From Toensbergia leucococca (lineage: Eukaryota), in the NCBI GenBank assembly GCA_022813965.1, contig JALDZS010000136.1, forward strand, positions 1 through 64,000: DNA of 64,000 nucleotides, read 5' to 3'. How positions within the stretch are numbered: position 1 is the stretch's first letter; each line of letters starts with the position of its first letter. Below, piece after piece: positions 27,085 through 40,173 of the stretch. The translations under genes and the position numbers were made by a program. Below the pieces are notes generated by a model. The model was not told the DNA's origin. It did no database searches and worked only from the letters and a program-made list of their open reading frames with translations.

Positions 27085-28266
27085 CCTATAAATTTGTATG
27101 TAACTTATAAAACAAAAATTGAGCGGTTACACGAAAACTTGGGGGGTGGTACTTCGACTTCAGGATGGGGTGAAATATAACAGAGGTCTGCAATAATAAT
27201 AGGCAGCAGTTATACCTTACTGATTAGAAATACAAAGAACCAATGCAAGGACTGTCGAGCAGGACGGAGTATTTATTCAATTGCCGTCCCGGCGGGTGAT
27301 TCCACAGGGTCTAGCATTTAGAATACCCAGCAATGTCATTCTTTAACGTGCGATCCCTGGAAATGTGGGTCCAGAAATGAAGGATTTGGGCTCAGCCGCA
27401 GCTTCCATTGTCACTACGCAGTTAGGCCGGCGGGCCCTCCAGCTTGGTGGGTCATCAGGATTTGGGGCGTAAGAAAGGTAGAAGATAGCGTTTCACGTGG
27501 TATTCGGGCTTCATGATAGCCCCAAACTTGCTCTGTTGACAGGGTAACAATATGGGGATAAGAACCGGGAATAAGATTTGATACAGTAAGGTTGGTAAGC
27601 TTATGAAGCTGAGTAGGATCCATTGGTCTCCTCGATCTCCTAAAATCCTAATTTCTCACATGTTCCAAGTAATGCTGGGATGGTTGATACCGTACCGTTT
27701 GTACAAGTCATACATGACTTTTGATGTGGACTGGTGTTGAAATAATGCTGGTCGCCAATACAAGCGAAGATCCACGATTGCAGATTGGTGAATGTATGTG
27801 ATTGACTGGACCCTGTTGATCGTCCGTGATTATTAGTCCGCAATTTATGATTATTAGTGCCTATGCGATCCGTTGGATCTCAATTGAATCTGACACGGAG
27901 TGATATCGGGCTGATACAGCACCGACGCTAAATAAGCTGTGATAAAATTGACCATCCGTAAGCATAGGATTCGAACCTCACCCCCCGTCATTCCTTTGTC
28001 TCCATGTTTGAGGGATGAGTCAATTCGAGTTTTTATTGAGTTACTATGTAGACACTTGCGCATTTCATTCAACAGCTTACCTAGATTAAAATAGAAGGTG
28101 CCTAGCAATGCCTATAGTGCCTATCAAATCTGCTACCGCTGTGATATGTCATCCGCTAGAATATGAGTCTATGACCTGGACCGCTCTTTTGTTTGCCCCA
28201 AACCCTCAATGATACCCCATGTCTAATCATCTATTAAGCGTTCTTTGCACTGTTGTCATCAATCCC

Positions 28267-29145
28267 CTATTTCCCGTCAATTTTGCTCCAGATTTTTCCT
28301 TCCACCTCACTGGCCTTTTCCCCAGCAGACTTCGCCCATTTTTTAGCAGCATCCCAGATACTTTCTTCTCCGCCATTACCTGCGTCACTGGCCCTTCTGT
28401 TTGCAACATACCCAAGGACTGGTGACCCCACCGATCTGTTTATGTTTTCTGTCGCAAAACGCTGGTCCGGCGTCATGTCTGTGGCATAGGCATTTTGCAC
28501 GTAACCCGGAGGATGCTCAAGGCTTCTTCGCTGATTTTCGCTGCCCAAGCTAGGAGCTGGGAATGTAGAATTGAAGGCTGACGGCTGATGCTTTTGATAA
28601 GTTAGTTGTCCGTCCCCATCTGACGATCGGGACGCCGGCGGAGGAATCGACGATGTGGCGTTTGCGGAATTTTCTGATGGTACTGGCTGGCCGCAAGAAG
28701 TACGTGCGGGGGAGAGCATTGACATCTGGGGTGGGTAAGTCTGTACCGCTGCACGCGTGCTGGAGTAAAATTCAGGTGCCTTTGGTTTTTCGCCGACTTT
28801 AGGAGGTGGTGGTAGATCTGACTTCACCGCAGTCCCGTACGAGTACAATGAAGGGGTAGGCGCGACTCCCGGTTGCGGTGGTGGGGGGCCATCGTAAGAA
28901 GTTGAAGCTGCTTTGATGGTGGGAGTCGCATGCCTTGACTGCCCTTGGCTGAATGATGCCTGAGTTGGCGCAGGTGCTGCAGCTCCAGGCTGTGCAGCTG
29001 AACTGTTCTGTGTACTTGACGCAATAGTGGTGGTTGCAGGTGTAGTTGAGCTTGCGTTTGGAGGGACGTAAGCTGTTTGTGGGGTGACTGCGGTAGCTTT
29101 CACTGAACTAATTGGGCTTTGGGTGTGGATTGGTATGCCAGACAT
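28267..29145 (-). CDS. Uncharacterised Pro/Ser/Thr-rich fungal protein
   Basis: Uninterrupted ORF from MSGIPIHTQSPIS, with PPPPQPG, LPPPPKVGE, LEHPPGYVQN and a C-terminal amphipathic helix WDAAKKWAKSAGEKASEVEGKIW. Confidence 0.7.
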   Translation of the reverse strand: MSGIPIHTQSPISSVKATAVTPQTAYVPPNASSTTPATTTIASSTQNSSAAQPGAAAPAPTQASFSQGQSRHATPTIKAASTSYDGPPPPQPGVAPTPSLYSYGTAVKSDLPPPPKVGEKPKAPEFYSSTRAAVQTYPPQMSMLSPARTSCGQPVPSENSANATSSIPPPASRSSDGDGQLTYQKHQPSAFNSTFPAPSLGSENQRRSLEHPPGYVQNAYATDMTPDQRFATENINRSVGSPVLGYVANRRASDAGNGGEESIWDAAKKWAKSAGEKASEVEGKIWSKIDGK

Positions 29146-29658
29146 TGCAATTGGCCGTAGACTGGGCTTCTGATAATTTCTAGAGTAAAGAGAATGCGTA
29201 TGGGTATCCCAGAATGTTGTCCGTTTGTAACAGTTGGAGTACAAGCAAGGGGGTCAGGGGGTACGGAGCATGTCATCGTCAGTTTCAGTTCAAGATACTC
29301 CGTACAAATACGGGGAATGCCGGCTTCGCAAATGTACGGATTCAATTTAGAAACTAGACAATTAGGCAAATAACACTCGCTCCTACCACCTACGGATTCT
29401 ATCTTCACGTGTAACAAGCCCGATCCATGGCCGAAGGAGAAACAAGCGGAGTGAGATAGCGCAAGTCCCAGAAGTACAAATAGAAAACTTGACAGCTTTG
29501 TAGAGTACAGCATCGAAGCCCCCTCTGCACCTTGTGCACCATCACTCCACCTTTCTACTAATGCAATCTTTCCCTTACACGAGATCAACCAAATCCATCG
29601 CAGACTGCACCAGTATCCAGTTTCCACGACCGATCACGCAAGATATATGCTGGCTTCT

Positions 29659-31311
29659 CTAGCCAGATCCACCCTTGAAGGCTTTACCGAACAAGAGCAA
29701 TTGAGCCTGGTCATAGATCGAGAGCACACCGGCACCTGCAACACCACGGAGGATGTTGGCACCAGCACCCTTGAAGAGAGATCTAACACCTTCCTTGGCA
29801 ATGATTTGACGACCAGCATCCATGGAGGACTTGTATTTGACGGCCTAGTAATTTATGTGTCAACCAAGTGAACCACAGAAAAAGCAAACATGATTGCATC
29901 CCAAACTTACCTCGCCAGAAGTCATCATCATACGTCTACGAATGGTGTCGAGTGGGTAAGAGCAGATACCAGCACCGGTAGTGACGACCCAGCCAAGCGC
30001 GAAAGAGGCCAAAAAATTACCTTCAAGGGCACCAACGAGGAGGACAGGCTTGATAGAGTCGTACATTCCGAAGTACAGACCACGATAGACCACGATACCA
30101 AGAACAGAAGGACCGAAACCACGGTAGAGACCTCCAATGCCGTCACTGGCGAGAGTCTTCTTGTAAACATCTATTAGGCCATTGAATTGACGCTCACCCC
30201 CTTTTTTTGCACTCTTGGCATCGTTGGCAAGACGAGTACGGGCGTAATCTAGGGAGTAGACAAAAAGGAGTGAAGTGGCACCAGCAGCCTTTGAGAATCA
30301 GTACAAGCTCTTCAGAAGCCGGCATTGATAACTTACAGCACCAGACGCCAAGTTACCCATCATCCACTTGAGATATCCATCTCTCTCTTTCTTGAACGCG
30401 AACATGGACTTGTAGGTGTCGCGAAAAGCGAAGTTGAGAGCCTGGGTAGGGAAATACCGAATGACGTTGGCAGTGTTACCTCTCCATAAAGAAGCTGTGC
30501 CTTCTTGCTTGATGGTACGGGAGAAACACTCTCCAATACCATCGTACTTGCGGTCGAGACGACCAGATTTGAGCATTTCATCCTAAATTTGAAACGCAGT
30601 TAGCACTGCATCCCAACTTGACTAGTGGAAAAGGCCTTGAGTGTAGCTAGTGCGATAGTGATTCGATGAAGTCCTCATCTTGGAATAATGCGGTCTAAAG
30701 TAGTGTGAAATATAAAATATCCGTGAAAAGCCAAATTATGTGCTAGTCCACTTTGGATTTGTCCTGAACAAATCCCCAAACTGGCTAAAACCATGACGGG
30801 AGCAGTAGAAGCTTACCTGATTTTGAATCAACAGCTTGACACGCTCAATGGGAGCAGCAGCGGTCTTCGACACAGCGGCAGAAACACCGCCCACTGAGAA
30901 CCATAGTCAGTAAACTTCATCACCAACGATCCCGCCCGTGAAAGCATTGGCGTAATCAGGACAAGCTATCAACAGCACTGAAAGGCCTGTTATGATGACG
31001 GTGATGATAGTGAGATATACTTAGGAAATCAACCACAAAGCCCTGTGTTGAAAAGTTGTGTCAGTGAATGGACTATCATATTGAAGATGGTTTTGTTGGC
31101 GTGATCGACAATCCATGAGCACGACCGCGTGAATAACGGAAGCCGACGACCAAGTGTTCAAAGAGGTTCAATACTTGCGATTGAGCTCCAATGCACCGAG
31201 GCTTGATGAATTGTCGTTCCGCGACATGATAGGATCTGGGGGTGGATGTTGATAGCTTACCGGCATGCCCATGAAGGACTTCTTCGCCTGGTTTACTTCA
31301 CCTTCTGCCAT
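29659..31311 (-). CDS. AAC: Mitochondrial ADP/ATP carrier; exons 31311-31261, 31042-31021 (22-nt microexon), 30893-30817, 30582-30337, 30288-29911, 29844-29659
   Basis: [49 protein letters not shown] signature [16 protein letters not shown]-terminus KAFKGGSG. All junctions are GT-AG and frame-consistent. Confidence 0.97.
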
Positions 31312-31843
31312 CTTGACGGTTGATCAAACACAATTGGTGTTCGGAATGAGACAATACTTGATGGAGTGGGGAGGGTTGGACGTCGGTCGTGGTGATGATT
31401 AGGGAGGTGAAGAGGTGAAAAACGATTGAAAAAGAACTTGCGAAGCAACAATGTAAATTCGCGCTAGGTCGAACCTCGTTACATTAGGAAGCGACCTTCC
31501 TCGGCATCCGTGTGCCGTAATTTCCCGATTCAGGCCATACTTGTGAATAGAGGCAATGAACAAATTAGGAGGCTTCATCCGCTATTTACACGGCTACAAC
31601 TACCCTGTTCACTACGCGTCGGCTCACTAGAAAACTCGAAAGACCCAGAAGTCCTTTATTCGGCATTCTAGTCAAAGCCTACATATTCGTGTTGCAAAGA
31701 AGCTCTCCATAAGCTCGAGTATCTTATGTACCACGAAACAGATGCACATTCCTCCCCAACAATTGCTTGATCTCAGTAAATACGAGGACACGCATTGCTC
31801 TATGTATGTCAATCTTCAATCAGTGACAAAAACTAGATTACAG

Positions 31844-33988
31844 TCACGCCTGTGCGCTATTTATCTTGCCCTTTTTCGATCGCTTCTTCGGCTTCTTACC
31901 ATCTGAAATATTTGGTGTTTTACCCACATCCAACGCTTGAGCCTGCTTTAATCCTCCCTGATCGGCGAGAACCTCACCAAGCGCTCGCTGTGGTCCGTCT
32001 TCGCTCCCAAAAGTCTCTTTTCTCCACTGTCGCAGGCGTGCCTTCTTCCCGAGGTGTTTCTTGTCTCTCTTCTTCTTATCCACATCTCTGAACGTGGCCA
32101 TCTTTTTTAGACCTGCAAACTGATTAAGCTGAGAATCCGTTGCCAAGAGAATGTCGTGAGCTGTCAAGCCGTATGTTGAGGGTGAAGTTTCTCTATACCG
32201 AAAGTGGCCTGCGTGCTTCGATTTTGCGTCAGAAAGGGCGTTTTCGACCCTCAGCTTCTCGTCGACGAGTCGTTCAATTATTCGGCGATCTTTGCGAGCT
32301 TCACTTCTCTGGTGGTTTTTATTACTTCTCATATTGGATGAGTCTTGAATGATAGCTTTACTATTTGAAGCTTGGATTGTGACGCCGTCGTTATTCTCGT
32401 AGTGGCTCAGGTTTGACATAGCATCGGATTCGTCATCAGTCAGAGTAAACAAAGGCTTCTCCTGCTCGTTTTCTGCATCGAAATCTGGCACAAGGTCCTT
32501 GATATCTATGTCATCCGGCCATTCCGGCTTGTGGATTTTTCTTTTAGCATCGCCTTCCCTCTCAACACTGCCTGCGTCGTGGCCTGCGTAATAATCCTCA
32601 CCAAAACGTTTTCTCATCTCATCATCCCATCGATCATTATCCCAACCTTCATCCAGAAATGTCGACCATTCTTGCTCATGGAGCGACCTGCTACTAAGCC
32701 CAGCAGCCTCTCGAATCTTTCTTACTTTTTCCTCAGCGTCACTGATCTTCAGCTTGCGGAAACGAGCTTTCTCTTCCTCTCGTTCTAGTTTCTCATTATC
32801 TTTTTTGGTTCGTTCAATATCTCTTATTTTTTTACGGCTATTGGTGGTTTCTCTTCGAACGGAGTACCTCGCTGCAGCATCTCTGGCATGCGACAAGAGC
32901 TTCTCATTCGACCCCTTGGGATCCTCGAAGCGTAGGTTATAAGCTTCCTCAAACCTTTCTGCTCGCAAGTCCTCTTCTTCATCATCGGATTCGAAAGGCT
33001 GGAATCGAGAACCAGCAGCAGGTACCCAAGCTCTCGCAGTCATGAAGTTTGACAGAAATGTTTCTGGATCTTTATTGGCCGTTTGAAGGTTGAGTTCTGT
33101 AGGCTTGACGTTGGCTTGGATTATATTGTTGCTGTCACTCGCTGCTGCCTGTTTCCGAACAAGAAATTTATCATCGTCACTCACATCCTCTGTCCTTCCC
33201 TGACCATCTGTGCTGTTGTTGAATCCTCCTTCAACAGCTGCATTCATTTCTCGGACGATGAATCTTTTGAGATCATCTTGCTGTTGGGTATAGCTTAAGA
33301 TCCTATCTTTATTCGTTTCCTCGGGGTCCGTAGTTCCCTCTAGCAAATTCCTTCGATGGTAGTCACTGAGGTACATTGGCCTTTCCTTGTTCTTCAGGTC
33401 TATATCGCTGTCAAGCACCTCGCCGTCTACTTCCGTGTAAAAGGTCACCTTTTCATCGTAAACACGAGGGTCTTTTGCTCGAATCGCCCTAAGCGTTGCA
33501 TCAATTTCTGCATCTAGACTCTTAGATACCAGAACACCATCGTCGTCTTCTTCCTCCGAGTCTGAAGAAGATTCGCTTTCCAAGACGTCGCTTTTGTTAC
33601 CCTTTGCATCCGACTCTCGCCCTCTATGATCCGAGCCATTCCCATACTTTTCTCCAACTAGAATGAACATCAGTTACGAAATTCGGAGCCTAGTATGGAT
33701 TTGCGCACGCTTGTGAAGTTCCTCTCTCTTTTTGTTATGCTCAAAGCGCCTCGCATAATTTTGATTGATCTTGAAATTATAGTCGTCGGTAGTAGATTTT
33801 TCGTGTTGCTTTGGAACAACCAATTTCGTCTTGAGAAGAGTGGTCTCCTCATCAGAGGCGTCGTCGTCCAACAATGCCCTCACTCTCTTCGTGGGCTGCT
33901 CCTCGTGCGTAGAAGAGTGCGCTGGTCGTTTTGAACCGTGGAGCTGTGAGTGGCGCACATCAGAAGAGGTACCAGAGACACCCGCCAT
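31844..33988 (-). CDS. KRI1: Kri1, 40S ribosome biogenesis protein, intron 33658-33708
   Basis: INQNYARRFEHNKKREELHK/LGEKYG, KDPRVYD, FEEAYNLRFEDP, FRYRETSPSTYGLTAHDILLATDSQLNQFAGLKKMATFR. Confidence 0.92.
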
Positions 33989-34352
33989 CGATGAAACTTC
34001 AATCTCTAAGTCTAATCGAGGAATCTGTAATTTCCATCTGTTTCGTGGGTTGTGTGATACCTAGCCTATTCGTCTCTGTAGCATGAAGCGAAGCTCGGGA
34101 ACTTCCATCAATTTATGACGCAGCACAACGCTGAGCGCGTGAAGCTTTAAGCTTTGAGCTTCTACTCGTACACTTTTTGATTAATCTACCTACAAAGTAA
34201 ACTTGCTCGTTGATTTCGTCCTTGACTTCGTAGAATGGCATTTCGACTCACCTCTACACACCGCTTCTCATTGTCCAGTATGGCGATTTCCAAGATCAGA
34301 AATTAGCCCTTTCTCCAAACCTATTCCTCATCATCGGAACCCGAATTTCATA

Positions 34353-37300
34353 ATGGCAGAACGGTCCCAATCACCCGCGCTTGCACAGCCTGTGAAGCCG
34401 CTGAGCCTCATGTATGAAAAACCACTGGTCTACTGAATAGTGTGAATGCTGATATGGAGACTTGCACTAGTCCTCCAGGACTCAAAGAAGCGGCACTCGA
34501 CAGTCCAACCTTTCGCGCCAGCACCTTACACTTCACAGACCAGGTGGATCTTATTGAGAAATGGCTCGATGGCTATGCCAAGTCAGCTGCGAAGCTGTCT
34601 CACGAGGTGACAACGATAGAAGGTCTGGTCAATGGCTTTCTCACTCAGGCCACCCCACCCTCGCATGTGTCTGAGGCCGTGCTGGATCATGATTACACGC
34701 TGCTGGCAATCAAGCGTTATGGCGAGGTTGCAAGGGAGTTCTGGGCTGCAACAATCTCAAATATGAAGAGAATGGAAGTAAATATGGTGGAACCCATACG
34801 AACGTTCATTCAAATTGATCTCCGATCTTTTAAGGTATGCTATGATTAAGGAAATGTGTATCTTGCGTCCAAGAAATTTTCTGATATTACTCATGTTTAG
34901 GATATTCGACGTCAGCTTGATCAATCGCAAAAACAGCTTGATAATTTCCAGTATCGTTATTCAGCCCAGGTCAAGTTGAAAGAACCTTCGTCTCTTCGTG
35001 AGGATGCCTTTCAACTTCATGAAGCGCGCAAAGCGTATCTTAAAGCATCATTGGATTTCAGTGTCGCGGCTCCACATTTAAGAATGTCGTTGGACAAGAT
35101 GATCGTCAAGCTTTGCTCGGATCAATGGCGGGACATGCGAAGTTCCAGGGATATCATGAGTGGATCTGTTGGAAAATGGGGAAGCGAGATCGAGCGGATC
35201 AGAGGTTGGAGTCGTGAGATGGAGAGTGGAGAGAAGACATTTCGAAAGGAGCTTCAGAGTGCGAGGGAGCAGATTGAAGAGAATGCTGAGGCCATTGCTA
35301 GGCCTTCCCGGGAGCTTGAAGACTACGGTGTCGCATTGGGCTCCACGTCGGGTTCGAAGGGGCTTTCTGCTACAAACCTGCAGCCCTCTATAAGAGTAGG
35401 ATCTGCAAAATCCGAAAAGCAAGGTTGGCTGAATCTCCGTACTGTGACTGGGAAGCCCGCAAGAACCTTATGGGTTCGACGTTGGTTTTTTGTAAAGAAT
35501 GGCATTTTCAGTTGGCTCGTTCAAGGATCGCGCTCCGGTGGAGTCGAGGAAAGTGAGAGGATCGGAGTACTCCTCTGTAGTGTACGACCTTCGGTTTCAG
35601 AAGAGCGACGATTCTGTTTTGAGGTCTTGACTAAGGACACCACCATACTTTTACAAGCTGAAACGCAGGTAGAGCTCGTGGATTGGATCGGGGCCTTCGA
35701 GGTCGCCAAGCAGAAAGCTCTGGAAGATCCAGCAAGCACAGACTCACCTGGAATAGAAGGACAGCGGGCCCAAGATGCCGCTTTCGCTATTCTACCACCC
35801 AGCGCCCCAGAATTTGCTGCAAACGCAACTGACTCTGGCATGCAGCAATTCAGTGATGAGAGTTCAGGAGCTGCGTTGGATCGGAATGTAGCTCTCCCGG
35901 TACCTGAACGAGACCAAGGTCTCAATATAGCTAGTAGGAGCAGTTTTGATATCAGTACTCGCCGTCGCTCGACACTTGTGGACGAAACTGGACGTGATCA
36001 CGCTACAAGAATCATTCAAAAGCTAGATCTGCGTAAGCCAAGTGGCGGATCTCAAACGGGCGGGAATATTTCAGCTGGGCCACCTTCTAGCCCTGCCTTT
36101 CCCACAGGTGGCATTGCAAGTCTGATATCCGCAAGTCATACTGTATTGCCCATTGGGTCTGCGATTCTTCCTCAAGCTGCAACGCCAGACTTGTCAGGGA
36201 TCCGAGCATCTCCAGCAAAAACCATGCGTAGCTTACCTTCGAGCACCTTAGCTCCTTCTACTCTGGCTAATCCACCCGCACCAACAAACCTAAGTACCGC
36301 GGCAGTCATAGTCAGCGGAGAACGCGGCATCGGCTTGGGTCGAAACGATGCAACTGGTGGCATGCCCAGCGGAATCATGGCTAACCTTTGGGGAAGTTCG
36401 AACTGGGGTTATCTGAATAGACTACAGGCAGGGGACTTGAAAGCCTCAGAAGACGACTCGCCAAAAGTCTCTAATCCTCCGAGTCCTCGGACTCGACCTT
36501 CCGGTTCTCCTCCAAAGACTCAAAGAATGTTCAGTAATTCTTCCGGTAATATCGAGAGGTCTCCTTCAGGATCACCCGGGCGTTCCCAATCCCACCGAAA
36601 AACTATCAGCCTTGATAGCGACTTAACGAGCCCACAGAAACCTGCTACTTATCAGGAGTTCCCAAGTCATTGGCCTTTGGTACTCAAAGCGCAGGACGCT
36701 CAATTTCGACTGCTTTTCCCGAATGTACCTTGGGATGAGAAAGTTGTACTTGTTTTCCTCGCAACTTGGAATCCTAATGACCAGCAAGAGTTTCCAGGAA
36801 GGGTCTACGTCACGGCTAAAGAAATATATTTCTACAGCCATCATCTTGGTCTGGTGTTGATATCAGGCGTTACCTTGAAGTCAATATCCGAGGTGACTGG
36901 AGCCCCTGGTAGAGATTGTGACTTTCTATTTCTACATCTCAAGGACCGGAACAACAAAAATGGGTTCACACGTATCACTGTCAAGACATTCCTAGAACCG
37001 CTCCGACTACTTCAGCGACGGCTAAATTTCTTGGTGCAAAATTGCAATTCGCATGCACCTCTTGATTTAGAGTCTATCATGAAGAGTCTCATGAAATTTG
37101 AGAATGAAGACCCCGGAAAGACACCCAGCTTAGAAAGCTGGGAGGAGGTTTCTCCGCATGCGCCTGTGGACGATAGCTCTCCTTCCAGAAAAGAAGGTTC
37201 ACAGAGAAACGAACGAGATCTAAGAGCCAACGTCCTTGTTGATCGAACATTCTATGGAGAAGCTAGCAAGTTAGGTGAAAATAGAGAAGTCACCAAGTTC

Positions 37301-38933
37301 AAATTGCCTAGGCAGCCTGTTGTGTACGTACCGTCAAATATGGATAGGGTAGCTGTGGAGAAGGAATTCGAGATTAGCCCCAAGGCTCTATTCCACGTCA
37401 TGTTTGGAGACAAGAGCGCTGTTTGGCAACTTCTCTATTCCGAACGCCGAGCCCAACGTAAGCACAGTGAGCCGCAACGAATTCCTGTGCATAGACTGAT
37501 TTCAAAAAGGTATCAAGCAAGGGTCATGGAATCAACCGGGACAGGGTCATCTGCGACGAGAGTTCGAGTACGACATTGAATACCTCGACAGATTCTGTAT
37601 GCTTTTCACGTCAGAAGCGGCTATTAATCTTCTCGATGTCTGCTAACAGCTTACAGGGAGGAACCGTGTAGTAACAATAGTCGATAATCAGATGATCGAT
37701 GTGTTCAACGATCATCTATGTTATGTCGTCACGGATAGGAAGATCAATTGGCACCTGCCCTACCGCCAGAGCTTCATTCTTCTAAGTAAGATTGTTATTA
37801 CTCACGTGGCGAAGTCCAAGTGTAAATTAGCCATCTACACTAAAGTAGACTGGACCATGCCTCCAAGGATTGCACAATGTAGGACCTTTTCAGCCCTTGA
37901 TTGGCGATGTAAAGGCTGACACAAAATAGCCATGATAAATAAAAGAGCTTTGGGTGATCTCGAGCTGGATGCCCTTGACCTTGCGGACGTCATCACCGAC
38001 CAGGTCAGGAAACTCGGCGCCCAGAGTCGGACTAAGAAGGCGATTCAGATATTTGGTCAAGTTGGATTACAGACTGAAATTTCCGAGTTCGCTGGCGGCC
38101 AAACATCATTGATCTCACGCACTCGGCGCTCTATGAAGCGTCACACAATGATGGGATTATTCCTTGAGTCGTGTGGTTCTCTACTTGAAAGCATTGCAAC
38201 ATCTTTGATGCTATGGTCTTTTGCTTTCATTCGATGGATCTGGAAGACAAGTAATGCCAATACCATTCTGCTCACTATCTTGGCATTAAGCATTATTATC
38301 AATTTTGTCTTGTCGGCCCAGGAAACGTCACAATGGTGGAAAGAACGAAAAGCTGGGAATTTCATGACACGGTTAGGAGTGGGTCCCAATCTGGTAATGA
38401 GCAGGGCCGTCTATGTCCAGGATGTCTATGATGCCACTGCTCAGGAGACTGATTTGTTCGATCAGGCTGGGAATAAATGGTATCCGTCGTAGCCTTTGAT
38501 ACAACGAGCAAGGCTAATGCTGATATTTCGGGACAGTTTGGAAACATTTCGGGAGGTCATAAGCCTCACTGATTTGGACGAACCGTATCAATCAGCTAAA
38601 AGATCTGTTCCCGAATCATCATCCAGAGCTGCTACTCGTCATTTATTAAGGACAAAACAGCGCTTGGGATCTCATCGGCATGATCTCTTAGTAGCGTTGC
38701 GAGTAATCAACAGCATCGAGCGCGAAATGATGCAAGCTGAATGGGAAGCATGGTTGTTGGATGAGAATGCAAAGTGCAAACAGCTGGAGTACATGCTTCG
38801 CAAAAATCAGACAGATTGGACGGACGAGGGTCAAACAAAGACGTCTGAGCGGGTTCTCAATGGACGGCAGGAGCGATTCTTCGAGTACTGCAATGACTGT
38901 CGTAGAGAACAAGATAGGTACTTAGGTCAATAA
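34353..38933 (+). CDS. SIP3: Sip3/Lam1-like membrane-contact lipid-transfer protein (BAR, PH, GRAM-like, VASt, TM); about 7 exons
   Basis: GLKEAALDSPTFRAS (BAR start), PH EKQGWL...WVRRWFFVKNG...ERRFCFEV, QQEFPGRVYVT, ISPKALFHVMFGDKS (VASt), and a late TM segment TILLTILALSIIINFVLS. Introns include 34412-34470 and 34835-34900; the later boundaries are approximate. Confidence 0.88.
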
Positions 38934-40173
38934 GCATGTTGGAATGATTGCTCGAGATCCCTGTGACGGAACCCTGCCTCTGCTAATACTTTGCTGCAGA
39001 AACGCCATGCATGTGTCCTGTCGTGGTACGCTAAAGAGCTATATCACCTGCAAGCGTCTCAACACGAAATCGGAATGCTGAAATACGACTGAATGCTTGA
39101 TGGAAGGCGGTCAAAAAAGGCATTCAACTCCAATATCAGTCCTCCAAGCGAGGAATGTGCTTATAAACCCCCACGTTTCACCCAAGGCCTTACAAAGCTG
39201 CGACAAACCCAGCAATGTGGAAACTGTTGCACAAGCCACACTCAAGAGACAAGACCCTCTTTGGCCTGTCGACTTCTCGTCCTTTGTCGCCCAAAAGGGC
39301 CTTCGGGACCGAGGGACCAGAAAAAGGGCCGAACATGAATACATGATGGTGTTCTGATACGTACGATACTTTCTAGAGGTGCAGCTCTTTGCATGTCTCA
39401 CTCACACAGCATACTCGCGTTTGTTTCGTTTGCTCGTAGAGATTCAGGACTCGCCTTGCTCTCGGCTGACCGTCTCTTCTGCAGGGTCATCAATGCTTCA
39501 CGCAGTGGCTTTTTTCGCTTCATTGCTGCAGCAAGGGACTGTGATGCCTAGCTTGATCGGAAACGCTTCCGATCTCAAACACAGCGCTTGGTCCCGCGAC
39601 ATGGTACACGTGGTATCTCTACCGCTCTATCATGCACATTGTCTCAGCATCGAGCTTTTGAAATTTCTCATCTTTTGTGCCTTGCTTTTCCCTTTGTCAT
39701 GAGCTGAGTCCTATCATCGCGGTCATTCACCCGCCTCGGCTCTTGCATCCTTGTTGTTTAGTTGACATCCTTACTCCCCTATGATTCTTGTTGTACATAC
39801 GCTACACATTCCGCTATCCAGAAGAGCCTCGACGTGTGAAAAAGGTATATGGAATGCACCAGTGTCTCCTTGCTTCAAATCCTTTACTTCGGTCAGACCG
39901 GTCTCTCAAAATCTTGCTGTGCTCAATAAGGAGAAATCAATCGAGTAACTAAGGGACAGGACAAGGCATCAGTTCGATGGATAGTTCTGCCAAGCGATGC
40001 TACATCCAGAGGCCGCCGAACAGCCCTGCTGTATGTGCCTGACAGCGACTATAAGTCTTGGTCACTCCACGACCGTATTCTCGTCTTCCAATCCGGAGAC
40101 AGTATTTATCGAACGTCTGATTCCTTTGCGTCTACTATTACAGTCAAGCATTCTACATTGGTTTCTACATGTG

